Positions 10,595 to 24,089 are shown, counted from the first letter of the stretch. The stretch is DNA of 64,000 bases from Camelus dromedarius (GCF_036321535.1 NC_087436.1:28150001-28214000); one strand, 5' to 3'. Notes: generated by a model not told the origin, from the letters alone. Translations and numbers: made by a program.

Positions 10595-12126
10595 AAATTA
10601 ACTCCAACTACATTTTGTACTTAAATTTAAAACTAGAAAACATTTAGAGGAAAAATGAGACAAACTTAGGAATCTAGGGGTAGGTAAAGATTTCTTAGAA
10701 TTGATATCAAAAGCATGATTCTTAAAAGGAATAATTGTGATAACTTGTGCCTCATCAAAATTAAAACCATCTGCTCTGTGGAAGACCCTGTTAAAAGACA
10801 AGCTACACATTGGGAAAAATATTTGCAAACTAGTTAACAGACAAAGGACTAGTCTCAATTCAAAGGTTAAAAAAAAGAATGAAAGAAAGGAAAAAAAAAA
10901 TAAGAAAAGGAAAGAAGAAAGTAAGCAAGAAAAAAGGGAGGAAGAAACCAAATGGAAAATGGGCAAAAGATGTTTCACTGAAAAGAATACAGATGGCAAA
11001 TAACCACATGAAAAGATGTTTGAGATCATTTGCTAACAGGGAAATTTAAACTAAAATCATGAGATAGCACTATATACCTTTCAGAAAGGCTAAAATAATA
11101 ACAATACTAATGCTAGTAATGATTGAGAGAAACTCGATTATTCATGCATTGCTGGTGGAGATGTAAAATGATTCAGCCACTCCAAAAACCAGTTTGGCAG
11201 TTCTTATAAAAAAGTTTAACTACTGTACAAACTAGCATTTGTACTTTGGGGCATTAATGTCAGAGAAATGAAAATTTATTTTCACCGAGAAACCTGTATA
11301 TGAATGTTTATAGTAGCTTTAGCAGTAAAAAATGAATGGACTACTGATACACTCAACAATTTGGATGAACCTTCAGAGAATTAAGACAAGTGGAAAAGCT
11401 AATCTCAAAAGGTTACCAAGCTTATGATTCAATTCACATAACTTTCTTAGGTTGACAAAACTATAGAAATGGAGAATATAGTTAATGGTTGCCAGGGGTC
11501 AGGGATGGTATCAGAGAGCTATGATAGGAGGGAAGTTGGTGTGATTATAAAAGGACAGCATCAAGAAGCCTGTAATGTAACCAGTCAATAAATTTAATTC
11601 TGTTGATGTCAATTTCTTGGTTGTGATATGATTTGGTCTTTTTGTAAGATAATGCCATTGGGGGAAATTACATAAAAGATGCATAATGTTATGAACTGAA
11701 TGTCTGTGCCCTCTCCCTTTAATTCATATGTTGAAACTCTAACCCCCAATTTGATGGTGTTAGGAGGTGAGGGTTTTGGGAGGTAATTAGGATTAGATGA
11801 GGTCATGAGGGTGGACTCTTCCTGAGTGGGATTAGTGCCTTTATAGGAGTCACAAGAGAGTTTGCTTCCTTTCTATGCTCTCTTCCATGTGAGTATAAAA
11901 CCAGAAGTCATCAGTCTGCAACCTGGCAGAGAGTTCTCACCAGAACTCAACTGTGCTGGTACCCTAAGCTTGGACTTCAGCTTCCAGAACCGTGAGAAAT
12001 ATATTTCTGTTGTTTATAAGCACCTAGTATATGATACTTTGTTATCACTAAGACACATGGGATCTCTATCATTTCTTGTAACTTTGTGTGAGTCTACAAT
12101 TATCTTATTAAAAGTTTAATTAAAAA
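10595..12126 (+). mobile_element. L1 (L1MC/L1MD class), ORF2 end and 3' UTR, split by an MLT1A insertion
   Basis: 'ggtaaagatttcttaga', 'tcatcaaaattaaaac', 'aaaatgggcaaaaga', 'cattgctggtggagatgtaaaatg' and 'ggttgccagggg'. Resumes after the MaLR with 'catgggatctct...tctacaattatct...aaaagtttaattaaaaa'. Confidence 0.85.
11687..12055 (+). mobile_element. MaLR solo LTR, MLT1A-like
   Basis: tgttatgaactgaatg...aattcatatgttgaaactctaacccccaat...ggattagtgcctttata...cttccagaaccgtgagaaat...ctaagaca; degenerate TSD cataa/catgg. Confidence 0.9.
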
Positions 12127-12799
12127 TTGATGCCTCTGTATCAGACCTCATATCCTTAAACTATAATAACATTCAGTATTTTCCAGTAGAAAAGAAAAAA
12201 GATTTTTCCTTCTCCTGAGGCTTTAACAATTATTTTTCAGACTTACTTTGGGTCTAGATGACTTCTTGGTTGATTTGTGGACCAATTAATTGTTCAAGAA
12301 GAATAGAATATGCTGATTAGTTTAAACCAATCATGGTCTACTCCTTGAGAGGGAGTTAGGCCTATTCCTTATAAACCATAATGATAAAAAAGGAGAGATG
12401 TTTTTAGGAGAATTAATTTTGAAAGTAAACACAAATAGCAAGTGACTACTGCCACCCTAAGGCATTTACCTAATATCCTATGTCTAAACCTTTAGACGTT
12501 TTCTAATATCGCCCTATTATAAACTATAGATACTGTGTTCTTATTTTCTACTCTCAGAACCTTTTGGGTAAGGTTACTAGGATTGATAATACTGTGCCAA
12601 ATATTCCACATTGAATGAATTTTTGTTTGATTCTTTGATTCATCAAATATAATTTTCATGCAGATACCAAAAAGAGCAATATTGTGACAGGGAAATTACA
12701 GATTTCTAAGCGAACTAGTTGTACTGACGGAGTAAGTGATTGATATATAAACTGAGTCCATGTCTAGGATATTTAGAGGTCAGTTAGACGGTCAGTTAG

Positions 12800-13310
12800 A
12801 CTAAAGGAGGCAAGTTTTGCAAAGAGTATCTGGGCCAAGGTCAAGAGGTAAGTTAGAATCCGGAGAGATGGAAGGTTGTGCAGCCTGGACTTAGATTTGG
12901 GAGTTGTAGAATGGGAGATAGGGCTGAAGGACGGGGAGAAGGGGAAATGAAGTTGGATAAGTAATTGAACAGCAACATAAAAGTAAATGAAGTGTCTTGA
13001 AAACATATTAATCAGTTTGACTTTAAGTAAGGGTAAGGTGATGCTATTACAGTGGTTTTAAACGGAGGTGTGACATGATCAAAACTGCTTTGTGGCTGAA
13101 TGAGGAGAAGGTATCAAGGGGAATAAGACCAGAGGCTGAAGGACAAAATAGAAGGTAATTGTGGAAATTTGGGTAGCTATGTTGTTAAACTAAGCTAAAG
13201 TGGCAGCTGTGGGCAGTGGAAAAGAGTAGAAATTGGAGAGACTCTAGAAGGCAGAATGAATTGTGCTTAGAGGAGGCCTAGGGAAAGGGAATAAAAAGGA
13301 TAATTCTTAA
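12800..13310 (-). mobile_element. L2 fragment
   Basis: Purine-rich, with 'ggttttaaacggaggtgtgacatgatca' and 'ctagaaggcagaatgaatt'. Confidence 0.6.
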
Positions 13311-14254
13311 AAATTTAAAATCCTTTCCAAAACAATGTTGTCTTCATTATCATTTGGGAATTTTATTTTTAAAAGCATTTAAAATCACATCTTATTGTTG
13401 GCTTAATTTGCATTTCCGTTTTCTGACACTGATAGAACATCAGAGAACAGATAGAAAATTTTCCAATATTTCTGTCAACTGTTTTCTTATAACATGAAAC
13501 CCATTTCCTGTTTGTCAGTGAATGTCTGAGAGGGGAAAGGATTATAGAATTGTGTATTTTTGAAGATAATTTCTCTTAAATTACCTATGACTATTTTCTC
13601 AATAATATTATTTGTCTTCTAAATTTATAATTTCCTTTTAATCTATTTTCCTTAGATTATCAAATCCATCTTTTATTTTAGGTATGTTTGATCATATCTT
13701 ACTGAAAAAACTCCTACAAGTTTTAATTTGTATTAACTCATTCACACAATCAGAAAATATTTACTGAGCACCCATTGTGTGCCTACAACTGTGCTAGGCC
13801 TTTAGAAAGACTTTCTTTACTCCTAACTAAGAACTCTTATGCTTAAAGTACCCCATCAGTCCTCTATCGGAGCAATATTAATAACCCTTATTCTTGACAT
13901 TTAGTGTATTTAATTAATCACTTTATTTTCTGACCAAGTAAATGAAAAAGTAGAATAGCTTTTATTTACTCAATAACTGTAGTTATTGTACTAGAACTGT
14001 AGTTAATATAGAAATCAGGTGTACTTATTTCAATATTTAAAATTGTTTCCCATTTTGAGGACGAAAACTTCAATGTAATGATTGCCATTAGTGACATCAA
14101 ATTTTGATTTATCTTCCAGTGAAACAGAAAATAACTTTCAGTGAGATTTATGTCTCTGAGAATTTTTTTTGCCTTCATAAATGTTTAAAAAACTAATTAT
14201 TGGCAATTGTTCTGTTGAAAAATGTTAAACTCAAACTTCTGGGGATGTTGCTTT

Positions 14255-14655
14255 ATTTGGTACCATTTATGTTCTTTGGTTGCAATATTAACAACAACCA
14301 AAAAAAAAAAGACTCAAATTCAGCTAAGTTAAATAAACAAACAGAGGATTTATATAGAAGAGAAGTAGCTAAAGCCAAACTTCCCAGTCTGAGGAAAGAC
14401 ATATCAAGGCAGCGCAGACTGACAGCAGGAGTTCAGGGCATTCTCAGCAAGATGCAGCCTTAAAATAATGTAATTTAATAAATTATGGCCTCAGCCTCTT
14501 CATTATATATTAATATTCACAAGGGTGAATATTATCTGAGTGTTGGGGGCTTGAGATATTTTGATTTGAGTCAGTGTACATCACCTCTCTCGGTTGCCAT
14601 AGAGATTGGGATCTGTTCCTAGGGAAAGAAGGGGTAATAGGCAAGCAAAAACAAT
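14255..14655 (-). mobile_element. Old MaLR LTR (MLT1K/L-like)
   Basis: 'ctttggttgcaa...actcaaattcagctaagttaaataaac...gatttat' and, further on, 'atctgagtgttggggct'. Confidence 0.5.
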
Positions 14656-16431
14656 AGAAATCATCATACATGCCTTACCTGTCCAAGTAAGGCATGTACT
14701 AAGTAGGCAAGTACTAACTCAGTCCTTTTTTCTAAATATACAGTCCCTAAAATGTTCCTGTTTTAGAAACATTCAACTGAAAATGATCTTACTCCATTTA
14801 CAGTTAGAGAAAACCAGAAGTGATTTTGGCCTCCTGCTTCCAAAAATGATACCTATGTTCTCTGGGTCATGTCTATTTCTCCTGCTGTAGCCTCTCAATA
14901 TTCTGTGATTTATGGAATAAACCAACATACTATATTCAATAGTGGCCAAAAGCAAGAGAAAGAAAGGAAATAAATGTAATAGAGTAAGCAGTGCTGCAAA
15001 TGATCATGAGAAATGAATTTGTCCCTGATTTATTCCTAATTTCTATTTCATACATTTTTATCTTTGGCCAGAGTATTCTCAGGTTATATTTATTTTTTAT
15101 ATTGTGGGTTTAACTAAGTTATCCATTCCTTGATATTTGAGCCTCCAAGGACCCTATTATCCCACCTTATTGTCTTTTTAAATTATTAGTCTATTTTAAT
15201 TATTAGTAGGTATGTACATGGAAACATCCCAGACTGTTCCCTGGATTCCACTCATGTTTCTGTTAGCAATATCTCCCTCCACTTCTTGATTACGAGGTTA
15301 GTCGTTCTAGCAAAACATGTAACCCTGTTCCATCGCCAGGAGCATCAAGAAGATAGGCTTGTAGAAATATTGTTTTGTTGGATTAAAAAAAAATGGGAAC
15401 GGGTACACCACAGGCTATCATTTTACAGCACAGAAAACAAGATTTTGAGGTGTAATATTAGATGTAAGAGTGGAAGTACCAAAACCTACTGTTCTTCTAT
15501 CCTTTATTTTCTGGATTCATCAGTTCATAGATTTAGCATCATGGCTAAAGAAAGGAGAGCAACAAATATTTGTCATGGGTTTAGATTATAAGTAGCATCA
15601 TTGTACAGAAAAGACAACTTCATGGGGTGTTGTCTTTCTTCTGGAGCTAGAGATGAATCTACATTAAATTTTTAATAAAGCCAGTTGTGTCTGTCATTGG
15701 GACAGCGAAACTGATAGTTATCGATGCATTGTTTCTTTTACTTCAAGAAAGTGTCTTAATTGAAGAATTGTATGTTAATTTATGAGTCATTTAGTTATCC
15801 AAGGTTGATGGTCCCTGACCAAGCATAATTAGTCTTAAAAACATATCCACATTTCAAATAAATTTCTGTCTGTTAAAGAAAAATCTTTACCATAGCCCTG
15901 TGGGTGAAGCCACTATGCAGCTGGCTATTCACGAAAGGTATGGAGCTATATTGAGGAATAGGATTTAATTATTTTTACTAATATTTGTACATTCGTGTGT
16001 CTGTGGCTATGTCACCTAAAAAGAGGAAAACTATTTTTTAAAGTTCCTCCCTACCACCATGCATATTTTAATTGTGAGCTCATTATGCAAATTCTGGGAT
16101 ACCTGGGAAAGAAGATAGCTGATGTTTTAAAAGTCTGTTATCTTGTATACTTGATTATTAAGGTATTTTTCTATAGTAGGGGTAAATCTACTATAAATGT
16201 TCTGGGCCATTCCCGGAATTCCAAGTACAGGCTTTTCGTAAAAAATTTCTTGGGACCAATTATTTATTTAAATTATTTGACTTTAATTTAATAGTTACAT
16301 ACATTCATTATACCACTCAAACCATCTGGGAGCAGCTCATAGCGTTTTCACAAATCGGACACATCTGTGTAAACAGCACTGGGTTCAAGAAATAAAATAT
16401 TACACATACTTCAGAAGGTCTCCTATATGCT

Positions 16432-16665
16432 TTTTAAAAATTTCTTATTTTTTGTTGAACTGTAGTCAATTTACAATGTTCGCAATACAGCAGAGAAATT
16501 CAGTTATAAATATCCATACATATATATTTTGTCAGATTCTTTTTCATAACAGCTTATTATAAGAAATTGAATATGGTTCTCTGTGCTATACAGTAGGTCC
16601 TTGTTGTTTATCTGTTTTATATATAGTAATGTGTATCTGTTAATCCCAAACTCCTAATTATGTTT
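16432..16665 (-). mobile_element. 5'-truncated cetartiodactyl L1 3' end, inserted into an older L1ME-like fragment (~16270-16850)
   Basis: 'ttgaactgtagtcaatttacaatgtt...tgaatatggttctctgtgctatacagtaggtccttgttgtttatc...gttaatcccaaactcctaatt'. Confidence 0.8.
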
Positions 16666-17509
16666 TTTTTCTAGTTTCTATACACACAAGAGTAACAGCT
16701 CTCCTGATTCCTACTATCATGGATTGCTTTTGCATGGTTTTGAACTTTATGTAAATAAAATCAAATAGTAGTTTCCTTTTTGTACTTGACTTCTTTAGCT
16801 CAATTTTGTTTTTGAGATCCTTCCATATTGTGTTCAGTGACTAATTAGTTAATCATTTTCTCTTCATGTTATCCAACCAAACCATTGCACAGGAATCAAC
16901 GTAGATTCTTACTCTAGGCATTACTCTGTCTAGATCCAGAGGTCTCAGAATTCTGCCTCTTATATGAATCTCCCTTCTCCATTCATGGCCACAGCCCTCC
17001 TGAGAGAGAAAGTCAGAGTTGCCTCTTCCTAAGTAGCACTGACTTACAGAATAGAAACATACATGTAGTATGTATTATATTTGCAATTTTTAATTCTTGG
17101 TTATCTGGTTATTGGAAATTATTTATAGTCTGAGACTGAGTAAGGGAAGGTGCTCCAACAGAATATGGTATCCTGAGAGTGCAATAAACCTATTTATATT
17201 ACTCATTTGTACCTTCAGGCTCTGTTAGGGACTGTTTCATATATACTGTTGCCACAAAATGTTGGAGTACTTTTGGTCATGCCCAAATTTATGATTAGGC
17301 AGATCAAAAAGCACTGAGAACATAATGTATACTTATATCCCAAAGTTACTTGGTGTCCAGGAGTCCACATACTCAGTTCTTCTTGAATGGCAAGTATTGT
17401 TTTTCTTTCATTCTGTTTTTTAATGCTCCTTATTAAATTAATAATAGTCTGTATTAAAGAGACACTTTAAAAAATCCAAATCTCAGGATTACTTGCTATG
17501 ATCTCTCTT

Positions 17510-20500
17510 TTTAGAATTGATTTATAGCATATTATTAGTTTCAGGTGAACAACATAGCAAATGAACATTTTTATAGATTGTACGTCATTTAACATCCTAC
17601 AAAATAATGGCTATATTTACCTCTGCTGTAAAAGACATCCATGTAGCCTGTCCATTTTATATACAGTAGTTTGTACTTCTCAATCTCTTACTCCCATTCT
17701 GCCTCAACCCTAACTTCCCTCTCCCCACTGGTAACCACCAGTATGTTTTCTCTATCCGTGAATCTGTTTCTATTTTACTATATTCATTCATTTGTTTTAT
17801 TTTTAAGATTCCACATACAAGTAATAACACACAGTATTTGTCTTCCTTTGTCTGGCTTATTTCATTTAGCAAAATGCCCTCTAGGTCCATCGATGTTGTG
17901 GCAAATGGAAGAATTTCTTTCTTTTTTATGCTTATCTTCTTCCTCCATTCATCCATTGGTAGGCACTTCCATGTCTTGGCTAATTAGTGTGCAAGTGGAA
18001 TTGTTGGATCGTATGGTAGTTCTATTTTGATTTTCTTGAGGAACTTCCATTCTGGCTGAACCAACTTACACCACCAACAGTGTACTAGTGTTCCCTTTTC
18101 TCTATATCCTTGCCAAAATTTGTTATTTATAGATTTTTTTTTGATGTTGGCCATTTTGACAGCCACTTAACCCCTTACTGGTCATATCATTTGCAAATAT
18201 TTTCTCCCATTCAATGGATTTTCTTTTCATTTTGTCAATGGTTAACTTTGCTAAGCAAAATTTTTTAATTTCAATTAGGTTCTATTTGTTTATTTTTGCT
18301 TTTTTTCTTTTGCCTTAGGAGACAGATCCAAAAAAACTATTGCTGCAGTATATGTCAAAGAGTATTCTGCCTATGTTCTAGGAGTTTTATGGTTTTAGGT
18401 CTGACTTTTAGATCTTTAATTCATTTTGAGTTTATTTTTGTATATGGTGTGAGAAAATGTTCTAATTTTATTCTTTTACATGTAGTTGTCCAGTTTTCTC
18501 AGCACTGCTTATTGAAGAGACTGTCTTTTCTCTATTGCCTATTCTTGCCTCCTTTGTTATAGATTAATGATCATAAGTATGTAGGTTTGTTTCTGGGCTC
18601 TCAGTTCTTTTCCATGGATCTGCATGTTTGTTTTTATGCCAGTGTCGTGATGTTTTGATTAATTATAGATTTGTAGCATAGTCTGAAGTCACGGAGTATG
18701 TTACCTCCAGCTTTGTTCTTTTTCCACAAGATTGCTTCAGCAGTTTGGGGTCTTTTGTGGTTCCATATATATTTTAGCATTATGTGTTCTAGTTCTTTGG
18801 AAAATGTTACAGGTATTTTGATAGACGTTACATTAAATATGTAGAGTGTTTTGGGTAGTATGGTCATATTAACAATATTAATTCTTTCAATCTATGATCA
18901 TGTTATATCTTTCCATTTCTTTGTATCATCTTTAGTTTCTTTCATCAATGTTTATAATTTTCAGAGTGTAGTTCTTTTGCCGTTTTGGTTAATTCCTAAG
19001 TATTTTATTCTTTTGTGTTGCAATTTTAAATGGGATTGTTTTCTTCCTTTCTCTTTCTGATAGTATTATTAGTGGATAGGAAAGCAACCAATTTCTGTAT
19101 ACTAATTTTGTATCCTGCAACTTTGCCAAATTCATTGATGAGCTCTAGCAGTTTTTTTGTGGCATCTGTAGGATTTTCTACGTACCATATTATGTCATCT
19201 GCAAACAGTGACAGTTTTACTTCTTCCTTTCAATTTGGATTCCTTTTATTTCTTTTTCTGCTCTGTTTGCTGTAGCTAGGACTTTTAAAACTATATTGAA
19301 TAAAAGTGGTGAGAGTGAGCATCCTTGCTTGTTCCTAATCTTAGAGGAAATGCTTTCAGCTTTTCTCTGTTGAGTGTGGTGTTAGCTGTGAGCTTGTGAT
19401 ATGTGGCCTTTATTATGTTTAGGTATGTTTTCTCTATGTCCAGTTTCTAGAGAGCTTTTATCATAGATGGAATGAATTTTGTCAAAAGCTTTTTCTGCAT
19501 CTATTGAGATGATCATATAGTTTTTATTCTTCAACTTATTAATGTGACGTTTCACACTGATTCATTCTTTCTAGTCTTTCATTTCAGTTACTATAACCTT
19601 CAGTTCTGACTGGTTCTTTTTTATATTTTATAGTTCCTTTTTAAAATTCTCACTGTGTTCATCTATTTCTTTCCCTAATGCAGTTAGCATTCTTGCTACT
19701 AATGCTCTGAACTCTTTATTTGGTAAATTATTTATTTCTGTTTCATTAGTTGTTTTTTCAGGTATTTTCTCTTGTTCTTTCAATTGAAACAAATTCCTTC
19801 TCTCTTCCCACTTTTCTTAAAGTTCTCTGTCTCTAGGAAATTTGGTGAAACAGTTACGTATTCCAGTCTTGAAGGATGTCTTTGTGTGGGAGCATACCTA
19901 TATAGTTTGTGTTTGCTTAAAGGCTTTGGTGGGAGAGCTGGATTTGAGGTGAGCACATCTTCCCCCAAAGTGTGCTGGCAATTATCACCTTGGTATGAGG
20001 TTGGGCTGAAGATGGAGGGACGAGAGCCAAGCCGGGGCTTCTCCTCTGCTCATTGGCCAATACCACCCTCCTGTGGGTGCATCTCAAGTTACTTGAGCAG
20101 AAGCTTTGAAGATTTGGTCCACACTGACTCCATTCCCTCCTAGCATTTGCTCTGTCCCTTCTCAGCACTGGCATCCTCATACCCAGAGAAGAACAGTTCT
20201 GGAGCAAGGAGGGGCTGGACTCAGTGCTCAGCATGTGTTGGGGTGTGGGCTGTGGCAGTCCTAGCCCTAGTCAGAGTCCTGGACCACTCTAAATGTGCTG
20301 TCTCTGTAAATGCCAGTAATGGCTGAAACCACTCCATTGAGATATTGTTATGGGTCTGAGTTGGCTCTGTTCCTAACAATTGAGCACACCCATTGGCTGC
20401 AGCAGCCCTTGCCCTAGTGTGGAGCTGAGACACGGAGCAAGTGGAGCCAAAGAAGGCATTCAGCTTAGGCTGGGACACACACTAGGGGGTCAAGGGAACT

Positions 20501-20960
20501 GGCCAGAGTCCTGAGCAGTTTCACAGGACTCCTCCTTGTTTTAGGATTCAGCAAGTGTGTGCACACTCATCTTGAGAGGAGTCTATGTTTCTTATGGACT
20601 TGATGTTAGTCCTACTGGTTGTCAAACCAGCTATGGGCACTTTTCTTCTAGTGTCATATTCCAAGGCCGGGGCACCATATATGTGGCTTGAACTGCTCAC
20701 TCCCCAGGGAGGGTCTCTGAGCCATGATATCCCCTGGTCTTCAGGGCACAGGTTCCAATCTGATCACTTATCTTTCCTTCCTTTCCAATTCCATGTGGAT
20801 CTTTCTTGCAGCCTTGGTTGTACAAGAGTCTTTCTGCAGTCTTCCCAGTCTCCAGTTAGTTTTCAGTGAGAATTGCTCCACATGTAGATGCACTTTTGAG
20901 ATGTTAGTGGGGGGAGGCGAGCTCTGAGTTCCCCGACTCCTCCATCTTGATCTCCTCTCC
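17510..20960 (-). mobile_element. L1 (L1MA9/L1M2-like) retaining both ends, with a large internal deletion
   Basis: 3' UTR at about 17510-17900. Decayed ORF2 from 17900 to 19560 (the ORF track gives ILPFATT-MDLEGILLNEISQ and IKIPVTFSKELE...IWNHKRPQ). ORF1 piece and 5' UTR from 19560 to 20960, with the - strand starting ggagaggagatcaagatgg. Degenerate TSD tacttgctatgatctctctt / tacttgctgtggtactctt. Confidence 0.85.
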
Positions 20961-21079
20961 TACTTGCTGTGGTACTCTTATCAGTGTGTTCCATATGATA
21001 TCGATTCACCATCAACACTTTCAGATTACTGTGGATGGAACTTGTGAGTGTTGAGAGCATTCTATGCCAAAGTTGTGGT

Positions 21080-21537
21080 TCTAACCCAGTCAAGAGAGGC
21101 ATTTAAAAGTAAAGAGTTTTCCCCAGACAAGTGCAGAGAAAGAGTCTGGGAGGGTCTTTCCTGTTGGCCTGAAGGAAGGCAGTAACCAGGTTGTGAACTG
21201 ACTATTGGGGCCATGTGGCCAAGAACTGCAGGTAGCCTCTAGGACCTAATAACATTAACTGCCTGGCATCTAGCAAGAAACAGAGATCAGTCAGACAGCA
21301 GCAAGGAGATGACTTCTGCTGAAAACCAGTGGGCTTGGAAGAGGACCCTAAGGCTCTGATGAGAATCACAGTAATGTCTAGGCACCTTCATTTCAGCCTG
21401 GTAAGATAGTAAGTAGAAGATCCAGAAGAGCCATTCCCAGACTTCTGACCCATGGAAACTATCACATAATAAATTTGTGTTCTTTTAAGCTTCTAAGTTG
21501 GTGGCAATTTGTCACACAGCAACAGAAAACAAGTACA
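21080..21537 (+). mobile_element. MaLR LTR (MLT1E/F/G-like)
   Basis: 'ccatgtggccaagaactgcaggtagcctctagga', 'gcttggaagagga' and 'aataaatttgtgttcttttaagcttctaagtt...aacaagtaca'. Confidence 0.85.
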
Positions 21538-21647
21538 TATGCTCTGGACCACTGAGAGTACTTACATTTTCAAGAAATACATCTTCCTTTTTCTCTCATG
21601 TGTGCATCTATTAAGGTATAAATAGAGTTTGCTAATCCTGCCTCAAC

Positions 21648-21880
21648 TAGTAGTTAATCACAGTGAATAAGTGTTCAGGCATCAAACTGCCTGGAGCTAA
21701 ATCCCGCTCCGCACCTTCTTAGCTGTGAGTGGGGACAAGTTACTTAACAGCCCTGTGACTTTTTCTCCTCTATTATAAAATGATGAATATAATATTAACT
21801 CTTTTGTAGAGTTTATAATGAAAATTTACAGAGAATATTAACATACATAAACAATACATATTAGTTGGCATTGCTATTAG
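21648..21880 (+). mobile_element. MIR
   Basis: 'tcaaactgcctggagctaaatcccgctccgcaccttcttagctgtgag...gacaagttacttaac'. Confidence 0.8.
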
Positions 21881-22904
21881 TCTTATTATAGCTCAACATG
21901 ATATTAACAATATAGTGGAATAGTATGACATTCTGCAGAATAATGAATCAGATAAGATTTATAAAAACTCTGTTATGTCACAGACATAATGGGCTGATAT
22001 ATCCCACATGTAGAAAATCCCTGGGGCATTTTCTGCCAGTTAAAAGCAAGCTACTGTGTTTTAACTTACGTTCCATTGAAAATGTAATTGCTGATCAATA
22101 AAAGCATACCAATTGCCAAGGAATATATTTGAATGCTCTAATAATCAGAATACATGTGGATAGCAGTTACAACTCGACATATTAAATGATAACTTTATAG
22201 TAATTGATTATTAAAGATTTATTAGTCTTTTATGGTAATCAAAGTAGTCAAAAATAGGAATATGCTATGAATCATAGGGCTATCTTTCAAATTTTTGAAG
22301 TTCACCCAAATCTTCAAATCCCTCAATGGAAAATAGCAAAAAGTTGTTTTTATTATTATGAGTGTGTTCATCCTATCATAAGTTGACTCGACTTCAAATC
22401 AAGGAACCAAGATGGGAGTCCTGCTATGTGCCAAATATCCCATTCCACTTACACATTTAGGGATTGATGAAAATATCACATTGGGTTCAGAAACTCACTG
22501 CAATTAATGTGAGTCAAATGTTATTAGAATTTAAATTATCACCTTATTCCTCACAATGTCCAATTTGTACATTGAACTCTAAGTTTAAATTTTGGTTTCC
22601 CAGGAATTTGTATTACCTTGAAGCCTAGATACAACTTCCCTTTTAAAGTTTTCCTTATGTGATTACATGAGATAAACATTCCTAGTTTTTTGAGAATGCT
22701 ATAAGGAAGACTAAAGAAAGACAGAGAATGTGCATGCTTGTTTTCTTGAGTTTTTTTTTTTTCAATTCTAATTGTTTTCTGTTTATTCATTTGTCTTTCT
22801 CAAGGCTTTCTGGACTCTAATTTATTTGGCAAATTTTTAATTTATGAATTGTTGGAATCTAAAGATTTTGTAACAGTGACTCTTATGAATACTCAAATTA
22901 GGCT

Positions 22905-23200
22905 TTTATATTTGAGCTAAAATCTGAAGGAGGTAGGAAAGTAAGCCACATGAATACATGTAGAAGGAACTGGACAGAGGAGATAGCTTATGCAAAAGAC
23001 CTGAAGCATGTTCCAAAGAACAGCAACAGACCACGATGTCTTTAGTGGATGCAAAAGCAGGATAATAATAAGAGAGGAGTTCAGAGATACAAGGGCCCAG
23101 ATTGCATACAGCTTTGTAAGCCTTTTGACAGCCTTTTACTTTTATGATGAATAAGAGGAGAAGACAAACAAGATGCCTAGTTTTGAAGATAGGTTTGACA
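22905..23200 (-). mobile_element. L2 fragment
   Basis: 'atttgagctaaaatctgaagga', 'atgcaaaagacctgaag' and 'gggcccagattgcatacagctttgtaagcc'. Confidence 0.7.
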
Positions 23201-24089
23201 TAACAAAAAATGCTTTCACAACTTAACTGGTGCTTTTTAACCTACAGTATTTTGTTTTATTTTGGGAAACATTATTGTTACTTGATATTTTTCAATCTCC
23301 TTTCTTATATTTTAATATTTTTTATCATTTTCATTTTTCTCTATAGTGTTGGTATTTCTCAGTTTCTCAAGTTTTATATTCCTACATATTGATGCAGTAT
23401 TACAGGATTGTATCTCTTTACTGCCTCTGACAATATTGATTCAACTATTGGCTGATATTTCTCATTACAACTATATTATGTGGTGGTGAAATAAAGAATG
23501 AATATTTGTCAGGTTGTTTTCCTATCCTATAATACATGTATTTGTGGAGGAAGAACAACAATAATATCAAACTTTAACATACGATTTTCAAGACACATTT
23601 TTATTTATTTATACTTGAATTATAAAAATTTTTTTTCTGGTATTAGAGAACAAACATGATATCTAGATTGTCCCTGCTCACTTATAATCAATCTTGGTGC
23701 CAAAAGAATCCCAACAGGTATCGATAAATTACTCCCTTGTTTTCTAAAAAACCTACCTGCAGAGCCAATAGAGCAGATTTTGGCCACTGACAGTTTCCTT
23801 AGCTAGTGCTGTCAGTATTGACTTACTATGATATTCTCCTAGATTCTCTTTATGTTCAGTTTTTATTTTTTGGTCTCCAGATTGATAGAAATTTATTTTC
23901 CTATTCATATAATTTTCTGGGTATTATAAAGATAAGTTTAGAGAATGGGTTTTTAAAACTTGGCCATAATTTGTCTTTATTTCTCTTAAAGGAGTTTTTC
24001 TTTTATACCATGAGAAGGAAACTGAGAATTACAAAATCTGTTCAATCCTTTTCTTGAAAGGTTTAGTAAATTCCCTACAGACCTATGTA

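Noticed and set aside
10598..11029. 143-aa hydrophobic ORF and its Lys-rich antisense partner
   Set aside because: They lie in a decayed L1 with an A-rich expansion; compositional artefact.
9037..12801. Short exact tandem duplications (13 bp at 9037-9062; 12 bp at 12778-12801)
   Set aside because: Two-copy slippage or repair duplications with no spacers; not CRISPR-like or functional arrays.
17657..21102. Cluster of ORFs suggesting a gene or an active retroelement
   Set aside because: These are fragments of decayed L1 ORF2 and 5' UTR with many stops and frameshifts.
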